DNA of 64,000 nucleotides. It comes from Microbotryum violaceum (Eukaryota). Position 1 is the first letter of the stretch. Each line of letters starts with the position of its first letter. Positions 37,145 through 54,107 of the stretch are shown here, one piece after another. The translations under genes were made by a program, and so were the position numbers. The DNA lies in the NCBI GenBank assembly GCA_001244265.2, contig CDLV01000004.1, positions 434,001 to 498,000 on the forward strand, written 5' to 3'. The notes below the pieces were generated by a model. That model did no database searches, was not told where the DNA came from, and saw nothing but the letters and a program-made list of their open reading frames with translations.

Positions 37145-40100
37145 TGTTGCAACAAGGACTAAGAGGTACTCCACGACTCAGCTCCGAGATACACGAGTGA
37201 GATGATGAGAATAGCGTGGAGAAGGAACCCAGAAGGAAAAAAAGACGCAAAGACAAAGATAGGCGCGCGGTCCTGGTTCTACCACGCGCCTGGGTATTTC
37301 CAGGGCGCAGGGTGTTATTTCCACGCACGCGCTGATTTTACCCAAGGGCGTGGTAATTCCAGCCGTCACTTGGGAATACCAGGCCGTCGGGTATTACCCA
37401 GACGCCTGGGTATTTCCAGGTCGCGAGGTGATATCGCCCTGGCCGAAGGAGATTCTGCCCGTGGTAATACCAGCCGGCACCATTATTACCCTCGCCCGGT
37501 GGTTTTCCCAGCCAGGTATGGTATTGTCCACTTATATATTGGATCTAGATCCTAGTCATACCGCTACTCTCAGCTGTCTCAGCATGAGCCAAATGACTTC
37601 TAGCCTAGCAGATGGAAAACAGCTGGGAATGGATTACAAGTTCAAGAAATTGGGCCGAGCTTCGTCCTCCAATCGGTCAAAAATATACTCGCGAGGCTCC
37701 TCTCGAGTCTCGACCCACCCTCCGATAGATGCGACCAGATGAGCCTAAGATGCAGCGCAGATCTATAATCTCGATCGCTCCCAGAGTTCCTTGACCTCGA
37801 GTGAAAAACAAGTTTTGGTGCCTCTGCGCACTGACAACAAATGCAGCCTTTCTTTTTTGCCGCCTTTGCGCTGGCTTGGCCACCGGAGTCCGCTCGATAG
37901 CGTCGACGGCTTCCAATCGACTTAGATTAAGAGACCTGATCTTCCCTACCAGGAAAGTTTGTGGAGTGAGAGGCACAAATTAGTGTTTGTACGTGAGTCG
38001 TCGCCGTCGTCGTCGTCGTCGAATGGGAGCGAGCTACTAGAGCTGGAGCGGTCCTCGTATTCCAGGTCAGGAGACACCATTCCCCAATCAAATGCCGCGT
38101 CAAACTGTTGTGTCGCGAAAATCTTCTTCGTCCAATCCTAGCGCTTGGTCCTCACTTGACCCCATTGATCCCCGACCGAAGAAGCTCGCTCGGACTCGTA
38201 ATCTCCTTGAGAAGAGTAGGGACCTTTGGGACTGGTGGGCACTCCATATTGCGCTTCGTTTGTGGCTGATTGTGGTGGCGAGCGACTTGCAAACCAACCA
38301 GGAGTTGGTAAAGGGGCCTGGAACGATTGGGCCTCAGGAGCAAGCAACGTTGGAGGTTCCGATGGCTACCGCGAGAACTCGAGGATAGCAGTTGCGTCGG
38401 CTCTGGCAGAGTCAACAGGTTGTAGGCGTTTGTGGCGGTAGAACTAGTGTCGCTCTTGATACCATTGCATCATTGCACAACGAACAATGGCATAGGCGAG
38501 AAGACTGGTTGCGTGTCATGGTGGCGCAATCGATTGGTTAATTACCGTGAGACGTGAGACTGAAGAGCAACGAACGACGCTAAGTCCGGCAGGCCATCCG
38601 GGACATTAGGGCTACAGTAATGAGCAATACGAGCAGCGATTAGGCAGATTTGATTATGTGCGCTGAAGAATGGCGCCATGCGTCCGCGCGCTTCTTTCCT
38701 TCTTTCGCCTTCGATCCACTTGTGCCCACGTCGAAGCTCAACCGTCCCCGCCTACGTCTTCCTACCATGACACGAACATCGTCGACCACGGCAAGACGTA
38801 CAACAAGGATGGACAAGGAGAACTAACCACCGCATGATTGGCGCCCACGTGTGTACAGAGAGCTGAAATCTTCGCGGTCTGCGTCTGCACCGCCACAGTT
38901 GAGGGAACTTGCTGACGTGTTCTTTTTCAACCCCGCCGCCGTCCTTCACCATCGGCCCACTGCGGCTACCTGTCTTCTTGTTTCTTCCAGCCAGAAAATA
39001 CGTTGAAAAGACAAGGGTTCTATGAGCCTGCGCGAGTATACTATACTTGGGTTTGCGTGAGTACCGGCGGCTCAACGATCGGGGCGCGACGCCATCTCGT
39101 CGATCTGACTCCTCAGTGCTCACCATCTGTGTGATGTCCTTCGACCAGTCGGTTGTACGGGATGCACTAGTAAAGGCAGGAATCACCACACCTGACCCCA
39201 TCAACCTTTATGGTTGGCATGTGGACTCCAGACTACCACACGCCTAAGGGGTTCAACCTCAAGGACGCGTTCAGGCTCATTCAAGCCAAAACGCAAAGCA
39301 ACACTACTGTGTGGGACGTTTTGGACCTGCAAAACAACGAGATATCGTCAAATATGTGAGTTGCGTGGAACCTGCCAGTCTTGTACGGAGCGTGCGCTTG
39401 CTCGGGCACTCACTCGTCATCCTCTTTCAGATTCGTGAGCGCACGGCTTTCTTAAGGGTCATATCGGGCGACTGGCTCTATGAAGAACTTGTTATTGATG
39501 CGTTGGCGAATGTCCTGAGCCGCGTATAGACTGCAGTACGACCGTGAGGCCTGTCGGTTGGCGGGAATCATGGGACGGCTTTTCAGGGCGGGCATCACAA
39601 GATTGCTCAACGAGCTAGGCGTAGGATCTGCTCTGAAGGTTAGTCGCTACTCTCGATTGAACAAGAGGCCCGGGTCAGTCAAAATCGGCGAAGGAGGCGA
39701 ACGCTAAACAATCTTCTCGCATTAGCCAGAAGACGATCACCAGGTGGGTCCGTCGCAGAGAAGAAAGCGAGGAAGAGCAGTCTCGGGTAGAGGAAGAGGA
39801 GGAGGAAGAGGAAGAGGAATAATTAGAGCCGACTAAAGGGAATAAGAAACGGGCAAGAGGAGCGGCAGCCGGAGCTTCGGGCGGTTTAGATCTTGATCAA
39901 TCCGACAATCCAGACAAATGGGAGGAGCCTGTGACGGACGTGGACACTCAGTTTGTTGCTTTGTAGTGTACCTATATCATAATACAGTAGAAAACCCTGC
40001 ATTGAAAAACTACAATTCGGATATGAGCATTAGTACTACAAAGGTAACACCCATTACAAAAAACCTAATGTTAATTGCGCTCCGTCGTGCTCCGCACAAG

Positions 40101-40279
40101 AGCCCCTATTGAGATTTTTCGGGTGGAAATACCAGCTGAGAAAGTTAAGACCCAATCGACAGAAATGCCAGCGGCTTGGGTAATACCCCTCGTGAGGTGG
40201 TAATACCCGCGCGGCTGGAAATACCAGTGGGTCGGGTATTTTTGGTCGTCGCCGACTTGAAAAAGGAAACTCCTATTGG

Positions 40280-41703
40280 ATGGACAACAACAACAACACC
40301 AACAACGCCAGCCATGCTGCTATACCACCTCTTCGCCCTGACCCTCCCGATCCTCCGGCCAGGCCCCCGCCACCACCATCAAATCATACTCCGCCGCGGT
40401 CGGCGCCCGCTCCGCAACACGGAAACGCCACCGCCAACGCCTCGACTGCCGTCGCCGCCCATCCACTGATGCACAGCATCGAGAATTGTGTCATCATCAA
40501 CACCCCACCCTCAACCTCGGTCGAGCAAGTCCTCCTCGCGCTTGACAAATACTACCCTGGCCTTACCGGCGCAATGCCATGCGTCATCAAGGGTCAGCGC
40601 GGCCTCCGCTTTCCCAAGGCCGCCGATCTCGACACCCTGGTGGCCAACGGCGGCACTGTTGGCAAGACTCTGTGCAAAGTCGAGAAGCTGTACAGCTCTA
40701 CTAGAGGAGGTGTTGTACAATGCACCCTTACGGGCTTTTTCTCCGACCCGAGGGCCTCTGCCTATTCGATGAGCAGATCGCTGCCTATGGCACGGTCCTC
40801 CGTCGTCGCATCCAGTACATTGGAAAGACGAAACACATCTCTGGGGTGTACGACTTTATCCTTGCCCTTAAGGATGTAGATATTTTGCCCCCTGCCTCAC
40901 TTTCTATTGCTCGTGACGGTGTCACTGAGCGAATCCCATTGAGGATCACCGGTGGCATGCGCCACTGCGTCTTCTGCCGTTCCGCGGCTCACGTCCGTAA
41001 GGATTGCCCCGTCGCCCCGGCGTGCAAGTCCTGCGCGAGCACCTCGCACGCCACCCAGCACTGCCCGGCCCGTCATGCGTCGAGCCCCCAGGGACCCCCA
41101 CGTCACGTGCCCCGCAAGCCTCCACCGTTACCACCGCCGCCCCCGCCGCCGTGTCCAAGTCGATCTCCCCGGCCTCTGCCCACGACCGCACGACCAAAAA
41201 ACGTCGAGTGGAACAGGATCTGGCTGCCCAGACTGAAGATCTGTCCAACAGAGCTCAGCCCGATTCTCTGTCGAAGAATGCCCGCCCGAGTTCTCCTTCA
41301 ATTTCCCTTGCAAAACTGCCACTCCTCCTGCCCCCAGCCTGCCTCCAATCAGGGAATTGCCTACTCCCTCGTTGAAAAATCCTCCGAGTCCCCCAGCTCA
41401 GAGACCACCTCTCCATCCCCAAGCCCTCCTCCGGCCACGCCAAAGTCGATCATAACTCGATCCAAGTCGATTGCCGCCCTCTCCAAGCCAGCCACTCGTG
41501 AAGCTCCTCCCACTGCGTCTGCCCTCGAAGCCTCCGAGCCGAGCCCCGAGCCGTCTTCGCCCACGCCGTTGCCCTCAGCCGCGCCCAAAGCCCGACCCGA
41601 TGACGCCGACACCGACGACGAGGCCGACGAAGAAGCCGAAGACCAAGAAGCACCTCCTAAGGACGTGGAAGACGCTATGGACCAAGATGATGAGCACAAC
41701 TAA
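40280..41703 (+). CDS. LINE ORF1 (gag-like, two CCHC knuckles; frameshifted)
   Basis: CVFCRSAAHVRKDC and CKSCASTSHATQHC. Confidence 0.85.
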
Positions 41704-44700
41704 AATCCCAAACGTGTCTTTTGTTGCTGCCAACGTGCAGTCAATCAATGAAGACCGTAAGCGTGCCTCTCTTTTCTCCAATCTCCGCTCCCATAACGCC
41801 GACGTCTTTCTCCTGAGCGAAACTGGCCGACCTTCCCCGAAAGGGTGGCCCAGTGGACTCAGGAGTGCCAAGACTTAAAGCTCTCCGCTCTTTTCACTCC
41901 TTTCAACAACACTGCCATACTTTGGAAGAGCGACTCCGTGGTCATGACTTTGGATCCCGAGTCGCCTCCAAACACTCTTCGTGCCTCTTTCTCTTTCCCG
42001 GACCGAGTCACCGACGCCACCTTTTGTGTGGGTGATTCAAAAGTCCGGGTTGTATCAATATACGCGCCTTCCTCCGACAAGCCAGACAAAAAACGCTTCC
42101 TCTCACACCTCAGCACCGCCCCGACAAGTTGTACGTGACGAACCCTCGCCGCCTGCGCTCCTAGTCGGGGGGACTGGAATTGTGTTGAGTCCCAGCCCCT
42201 CGATTCGGAGAACCAAAACAGAACGAATTATGGGGGTCAGGAGATGCGCGACTTTGCCACGGCCAACAATCTTTTCGACGCCTATCGGCTCCATCATCCC
42301 AAAGGACGAGCCACGACGAATCGCTCAGCGCCCGGCACGTGCCGTCGCCTTGACCGCATCTATGTCTCGCCTGATTGGGTCGACCTCTTCCATGATCACA
42401 AAATTTGGGCTCCTGTCCTCAAACCGACGCACTCAATGGTTGTGGCACGGTTCCAAGTGCCGGGCGCAATTGACATCGGTCCGGGCAAATTCAAGCTGGG
42501 TTTGCACGTGATCGAGGGCGACGCGACCTGCGAGTACCTCACCTCCATTGTCCGCACCCTTTACAACAAAGCCCTCCTCCAGACGCCCAACGATCCACCA
42601 GCAGCTTGAACGTCCACCAAACACCGCCTGCTGCCCGAGCTGCAGGCTCTGGCCCGGACTTTCGCTCGGTTCCGTCGTGGCGGGTCGGAGCAAGAGAGGG
42701 CTGACCACTCGCGCTACGGCGCGGCCCTGCGGTCCCGCCTCGACCCATCTCTGGCGGGTCCCTCTTCCATCTTCATCCGCCTGCGCAAAGTGCGAGCATC
42801 CGACCTGATCCCTTCGCTCACGGTCAACGATGTTGTTCATTCCGACCCTGATTCGATGCTTGGAGCGGCCAGCGACTACTTCGAGCGGGTCTATGAGGAC
42901 CGCCCCATCGATGACGCGGCCCTGACGGCCTCGCTCCAACTCGCCTCTTCCCGCGGACTCATTCAAGCTCGAGGAAGCGTACCCGTTGGAGGAGATGACA
43001 AAGGCTCAAAGAGGCGTGTAAGTCGAACTGTTTGCCAGAGCCTGACAGCCTCCCGGTTGAGTTCTATCGCGCTACGTGGCCGGCCACTGGCCCAATTCTT
43101 CGAGACGTCATCAACTCGATCCCCACCGAGGCCCGTCAGCCTGGACCTCTTCCCCGCAACACCGCCCACATCCATCTCATCCACAAATGCGGCGAGAGGG
43201 ATCAGCTCTCGAACAAACACCCCATATCGCTTATCAATGCAGACAAGCGCATCATCTCGCAAGCCCACAACCAGCGCCTCGCTCCCCTGCTCGAGTCCCT
43301 GATTGGCCCAACCCAACGTGGCTTTGCTCCGAACCGTTGGATCGGCACGAACATTGCTGAGGTCCAATGTTTCATGGACCCTGGACTTCCAGGCTCAACA
43401 CCCGTGTCTGGCATGCTAGCGGTGATGGACTTTGAAAAGGCTTACGATCGTCTTTCCCACCCGTACCTTGATGCATTCCTCTGCGCCGTTGGCCTCGGCC
43501 CCAAAGCCCGCCAATGGTACCGAGCGACCTACACCAACCAATCCGCTTCGATCTTCCTCAACGGTTGGCTCTCTTCCACTTTCGACATCCTGTCGGGCAT
43601 TCGGCAAGGTGATCCTTTGGCTCCGTCTCTCTTCGTCCTGGCGATCGAAGGTTTTGCCTGTCAGATTCGATTCAGAGTCAAGGGCATCGATATTGCGGGC
43701 CTCCAAAACGTTCGCGAACTCCTTTTTGCCGACGACGCTTGCTGCGCACTCCACAACCTCTCGGACCTCGACCACCTCAATCGGGCGATCGAGCTTTACG
43801 AACGGGCAAGTGCCAGCAAGCTCAGCAACGTCAAATCTTTCCTCTACCCCCTTGGAGCTTTTCGGGATCGGTCGATCGCCCCAGATCGGGACCTGGCGTC
43901 TCAGCGATTCGCAGTTTCGCTACCTTGGTATTCAGGTCGGGGTGGAGATCGCCGAGGATGCGGGCTGGGAAGATGTCAAGGCCTTGACCATCGCTCGGAT
44001 ACGCTCGATTCCGATGTACGATCTCCCATATGCAGCCAAGTGTTCGATCATCAACATCTACTGCTACACAAAGATCTTGTACTACAGTCGATTCCTTCCC
44101 GCCCCAAGAGCGTTGTCAAGGAGATCGAGGAGGCCGCCATGCTCGCCATTCACGGTCGAGCTTCGGATGGTACTCAGCGACGTCCGAAGGTCTCCCGGTC
44201 ACGCCTCTGCACCCCTCTTGATCACGGCGGCTTCGGTTTGTTTGATTGATCTGCCTCGGCGTCTAGCAATTGATCACGCGAAGTGGGTCTTCCAGCTCCA
44301 GGCCCCGGACGGCTGCTTCACACGCCACCTCTTCGACATCCGCATCCGCCTCCAGGCACCAAACGAACCAACCCCTTTCACCTTGTCCAGACCGGCCCCC
44401 AACCAGCATCGTTGCCCTTGGATTTGGATCTGGTAGGCTTACTTTTGCCATCCTCCCCCAAAGTGGGACCATGCGGTGAGAAAAACGACAAAACTTCTTC
44501 CTGCTCGTTGGGTCCGATACTTCGAAGCATGGGCGTTGGTGACCACGCTCAATCCCCCGGAACTCTCCAAGAGCCAGAACCTCGAGCAATGGGCGACGCA
44601 CGTACTCTATTTCCCAGCGGGCCACGGAATACAACTCTCGGTAAACCCGACGCTTTTTCGAGGGCCGATGGCGAGGTGATGACCCCGTCTTCGTTTGTGA

Positions 44701-45245
44701 ACGCGTCCAAACGCCACCAAGTCTTCATCTTCCCCCTTATCTTCCCCAAGGGACACCAGAAGGTATTCGATCTGCCTGAGCAACGCTGGAACGCTTGGTG
44801 GAAGGCTTTGCGCAAGGTTCGCCGGGTTCACTCGGACGCCGAGGATACCGGCCACCTTCTCTCCCTGGGGTCCCTCCATCCGGGAAGCCAAGTCGCCTCC
44901 CCAACCAGCCCACATCCCAACAATCGATCTACCTCCTGTGTGATGTGCCTCTCGGAAGCACCCGAGTGCCTGGTTCACCTCGCGGTCGGCTGCCCATTTG
45001 CCCGGCGCCTCTGGTCTGCTCTGTCCCCGACCCCCCACCCAGTCTTTGTGGACTTTGTATGCCCGGTCGTGTCTCGCTCGAAACGTCGACTTGTCGAACT
45101 ACGAGTCCTCTTCTTTCACTCGATCTGGAAGCTCTGTCGCCGTCGTCGATTCTCGTCGGATCTTTTGGAACCGATCACCGAAACGGAGTTCGAGGGGCTT
45201 CGAGCCTCTATCCAGGAGTCCAAGGGTCGCCTAGTGTCTCTGTAA
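41690..45245 (+). CDS. LINE ORF2: AP endonuclease, reverse transcriptase, C-terminal zinc motif (multiple frameshifts)
   Basis: ANVQSIN, DVFLLSET, SIYAP, RLDRIYVS, DFEKAYDRLSH, GIRQGDPLAPSLF, LFADD, CVMC..ECLVHLAVGCPFARRLW. Confidence 0.92.
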
Positions 45246-45816
45246 GGCACCAAAGGGGGTTTTAGTGGGTATGGTTGATCCTGGTTCAGGGTCAATGAGT
45301 CCTACACTACTGGCTTCTGCCAGTGTGTGTAACAGCATTCCCTCCGACTTTTCCGAAGATTTCTAGGTATTAATATAATTATGCTGTTAATGACGTCTAT
45401 CAAATAAAAATAAAAACCACCTCACGAGGGTATTACCCAAGCCCCTGGTATTTCCAGCCGCGCGCCTGGAATTACCAGGCCAAAAAGGCCCTCAGTGTCG
45501 GCAACTCGACATCGAAGAGGGCACACCTGACCTGGGCCTTATCTGCTACCTGGGGTAGCAAGGCTGCAACCCGCCAGGGCTGTGCCTTGGAAGAGGGTTA
45601 ACTTCGCGAACTTCAGCTATTGCCTAAGCGGGCCGCAAGCGCACGTACCTCAGGCGCGTGCCCGCGCTTGTAATTGGAATTGGCAAGAGTTGGGCCTCGA
45701 CACCGCCAGCGCCCCATCTTTGGGCCGCCTACCTTGTCCTCTTTGTTTGTGGATGTAGATAACAAGTGAGGCTGGCTGTGTAGACTAGCTGAAAAGCTCT
45801 CATTCTCATTAGTGTA

Positions 45817-45900
45817 TCAATGAGTCCTACACTACTGGCCTAGCCAGTGTGCTTAACTGCATTCCCTCCGACTTTTCTAAAGTTTTCTAGGTATTGGTAT
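45817..45900 (+). repeat. Diverged second copy of the LINE 3' UTR core
   Basis: TCAATGAGTCCTACACTACTGGC..GCCAGTGTG..GCATTCCCTCCGACTTTTC..TTTCTAGGTATT is shared with ~45293-45371. Confidence 0.8.
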
Positions 45901-46127
45901 CACTATACTGTTATTGCAATGTAACAAACTAGGGCTCGTGGGGGCGCTCCGCGTCCACCTCCCTGCGTAAATGAATATAACAAATGAAAGAATAAAAATG
46001 CTAGCGTGCGCTGCCAAAATCAGGAGATCGGGGCAGTGCTCTTTTCTCATCTTCACCACTCGCTCGCTACATAAGTTCACTCTTTCCTCACAACACCGAA
46101 TCTATCCAAACGCTCAAATTCGCTACC

Positions 46128-46331
46128 ATGGCCCCCATCGCATTGTCCACCCCTTTCGCCGTCTCAGCCAAGTCCCAGCCTGCCCCGAGCCGCCTCGAAG
46201 AGCGCGGGTCTCCAGTCAACGTCACTCGCACCTACTTTCACTCTGAGAAGGACAACACTGGCAATCTTGTCGACGAGGAGCGCAATCCCAAGGATAATGT
46301 CCTTGGTGGGGAGTTCTGCATCATCGCCTGA
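46128..46331 (+). CDS. Putative lipopeptide pheromone precursor / CAAX peptide (67 aa)
   Basis: Ends VDEER-NPKDNVLGGEF-CIIA-stop; CT-rich leader, TACATAA box ~60 bp upstream, ACCATGG start context. Confidence 0.7.
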   Translation: MAPIALSTPFAVSAKSQPAPSRLEERGSPVNVTRTYFHSEKDNTGNLVDEERNPKDNVLGGEFCIIA

Positions 46332-47164
46332 AGGGGGACGCCTGCCTGAAAATGTGGCCCTTCGGAACTGCATTAAGCAGGGCTTGTCACGGTAGCGAGC
46401 AGCCGATGTGTGAGTCTAATAGATGTGCCAATGGGGATTGATCCGCCAGTGGGACCTGAACATGTAACACATGCGGCTGACCCTACTCGTACTTTTTCGA
46501 CATCGGAGCGACTCTCCAGCCGTGCGCATCACCAGACTACTGCATTGTCCGCCTTACCTCACCGGCCAGAAGTACTATCGACCTGTACATATATTATACT
46601 GCCGTCCCCAGAGTGATACATCACATATCGCAAGAGATACAGGCGTCTACACTACGTGGTATCAGAATGGCTTTCGGATGTGATCCCAAAGTCCGCTCCA
46701 ATGTGATCCCAAAGATGCATCCAATGTGGGACCAGAGTCGCCTCCGACGTGAGCCCGAAAGCCGGGCCGCCACCACCCCCCGGGGGGGTTGGGGTATGAG
46801 GCGCCTTTGGGAGGACCCCCGAAAGCCCAGCCATAGGCAGCCCTCTAAAAACGGCCTTTTTCGAGGCAAAGTGTCTAAATTTTTTCCAGATTTTGACTGA
46901 AAATGTCCAAATATGAGGGCCGCCTAGTGTTGAATAATTTTTGAAAACTACTCTACAAGCTCTACAATGCTCAGAAATTTTTCTGCGCACTGCGTTTTCA
47001 CCGCGCGCGGGCCGGAAAGGTCGCGCGCGCGCACACCAAGAGCGCCGCCAGCGCTCCGCTCCACACCCGCCCCGCCGCGATCCACCGCCGCGATCCACCG
47101 CCGCGCTTGATGGGCCAAGCTCTGACAAAGCTTACCGCCATACGAGCATGAGCCAGGCTGACCT

Positions 47165-48600
47165 TCATTCTTCATCATTGTTAACGCCCTTCGTCTTCGT
47201 CTCTGAACGGCCTCCTGGTGCAAGACAAGCAAGGGATGCTGCTCGAATTCCTTTGATGTTCTGCAAAAGCCTGTACCGTTTTTCTTGATTGACGGTGATG
47301 TGAATTTCCCGTTCATCACGCCAGTTAGATCGTGTGGAGTCCTTGACCTCGTAGTTGATGCTTGACAAGTCCGGTTCGAGCGAATTTATGATACAGCGCC
47401 CATCGACTTGACGAATGCGCGCGTTGCCCCGATAAGACAGGTTGGAGTAAACTCCCGGAGCGATGACACGTAGCTCTTGTAACACGGCATTTGCGACAAG
47501 AGCAAGAGAGTCAACACTTTCAACACTTTCGTAAGTTGTGCTTGACTTCTTGTAAATGTTCTTCACTGCAGGGAAGGTGACAAGTAAAATGCGCAGTGCT
47601 AGTCAGTCATGTGAAGTTTTCCCACACAAGTAGTAGTTTGGCATACCTATCCCGATTGCCAGTCGTTCCCCGCATTGTTCACCCAAAGGCAAACCCATAG
47701 GTTCTTCTGGGATTCCATACACGACCATTGTGTCCACCTTGAGAGGACGGAGTGCAGACACATCACCATCAACAGCTCGGACGAGTACGTGGTTCGACAT
47801 GATCTGACCATAGACCTCTTGTCGTCCTTTCATTTTGTCCTGTGGCGTCGGAGTCAAACGTCAGCGCAGGAAAAGGCACGCCCCAGCTTGGGTCATGATA
47901 CATCACGAATCAGCGACTAACGTGAGATCGTCCCTCGGTGATGATCGCAGTTGTCGCTTGCTCGTGCAACGTCTTCTCTCGGATATTTGCCCCTGAATTG
48001 CTGAAGCGAAGGTTCCTCTCGTTCCCACAAACTGTCGATACCTGTCCATTCCCATCGTCTCGACTATCCGTCGAAGTGCGGCAGAATGCACGTTGCCGCG
48101 GTGCTCGGTTCGGTCTTGGGCAAAGGGTTGATCTGACGTTACGTTCTGCGCGCCACCTTTAAACTTGATCTCCTCGAGGTGTCGGCATTGGTGTGCACGT
48201 CGTCGAGCGAGCAAGCTGTCCAAGTCGAGTGTGGGGACAGAGTAGAGGGCCCCCTTCTCTAGAAGATCACGCGGGTACGGGGCGCTTCCCACTGGTTGGG
48301 AACACGGGTCTGTATCGGTAAATGCATCGATCAACCGATAATTGCGCTCACTCACGGATTGCTCATGCTCATGGCATGCTTCGGCCAGGATCGTTTGAAA
48401 CTCTCGATCTTCTTCTTCTGCATCGGCTTGATCGAAGCCAGCATCAACAGCATCGCTGAGGGTTCAATATACGGTTGTTGGTGATCGTTTGTTGCTCTCA
48501 AACACCAAGCTACGTACATCAGAGCTTCCTGGTCAATGTCAAGCGCAGTCACCGAAAGAAGCGCGCTCAAAATCGTGTCGCGTTCCTCACGTCGCAGAAT
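47165..48600 (-). pseudogene. Unknown intron-containing ORF inside the CACTA end region (accessory or cargo gene, 5'-truncated by Copia)
   Basis: Co-oriented ORFs 48352-48570, 47903-48355, 47603-47857 and 47165-47566; no family recognised. Confidence 0.4.
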
Positions 48601-48609
48601 ACACGGTAA

Positions 48610-53483
<4,874 letters not shown>

Positions 53484-53929
53484 GGTTATGAGCCTAATGA
53501 GCAATACATCAGCAAAATGGCCACGCACGCAAACCCGCTTAAGGATTCGCCCAAGATTACGCGCGCTTAACGGTGCATAAGATGTGCATAAGGACGCATA
53601 CGCGCGTGGCTGAATTGGGCAAACCTCATAATCCACGCATAGCCAGCGCTGCAATGACTCGCCCTGCTTAAGGATCGCTTAACGCGCGCTTAACGTTTGA
53701 CCTTGCTTACATTTCGCATACGTAACTGCAAAGCCTGTACTTGCACACAAGCGGGCGGATTGCTTTCTTGACCCCAACAAGTTTCTGTGCTAAAATCCCA
53801 TCAAAAGGCGCTTCACTTGATTTTATTTGATGAGGCTAAGGAGCATATATTCAGGAAGTAGTTGGTCCATATAACACCGTGATTTCTACAAAAATAACTT
53901 TCCAGTAAAATCTATGCATCCGCCACTGG

Positions 53930-54107
53930 ACCCTACGGGAAATCCGCGCAACCGCAGTTGACCGCGGTTGGACAATTGCGCCAAAGTTAACCGCAGTTCA
54001 ACCACGGTCAACTGCGGTCCAACCGCGGTGCCCGTGGTTGCGCGGATTACCAACTGCGGTTGCAACTGCAGGAGGTCGCCAACTTGGGAATGCTCCATTA
54101 CGCCCTG
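53930..54107. repeat. hAT-like terminal fragment with AACCGC(A/G)GT subterminal repeats
   Basis: Clustered direct and inverted AACYGCRGT motifs ending in TGCTCCATTACGCCCTG (CAGGG-type end); partner end not seen. Confidence 0.45.

Larger units (their letters stand above)
40241..45415 (+). mobile_element. Full-length L1/Tx1-type non-LTR retrotransposon
   Basis: ORF1 plus ORF2, 3' UTR and A-rich tail AAATAAAAATAAAA; the flanks rejoin into the host repeat motif. Confidence 0.92.
37261..45491. mobile_element. TIR DNA transposon relic (PIF/Harbinger-like end) with GGTAWTWCCAG subterminal repeats, interrupted by a LINE
   Basis: Same motif clusters at 37261-37520, 40120-40240 and 45416-45491; right end GGCCAAAAAGGCCC; left TIR truncated; no transposase recognised. 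Confidence 0.45.

Noticed and set aside
37145-37260. Possible LTR fragment starting TGTTG
   Set aside because: No second copy, PBS, PPT or TSD in the window
40280-45245. Many frameshifts in LINE, Copia A and Helitron ORFs taken as evidence of old decay
   Set aside because: Many are single-base losses in short homopolymers, with few stops and identical LTRs in Copia A. This fits long-read consensus error, so activity status cannot be judged
45293-45330. Hammerhead ribozyme in the LINE 3' UTR
   Set aside because: The CTGATGA and GAAA core motifs are not present in the required arrangement
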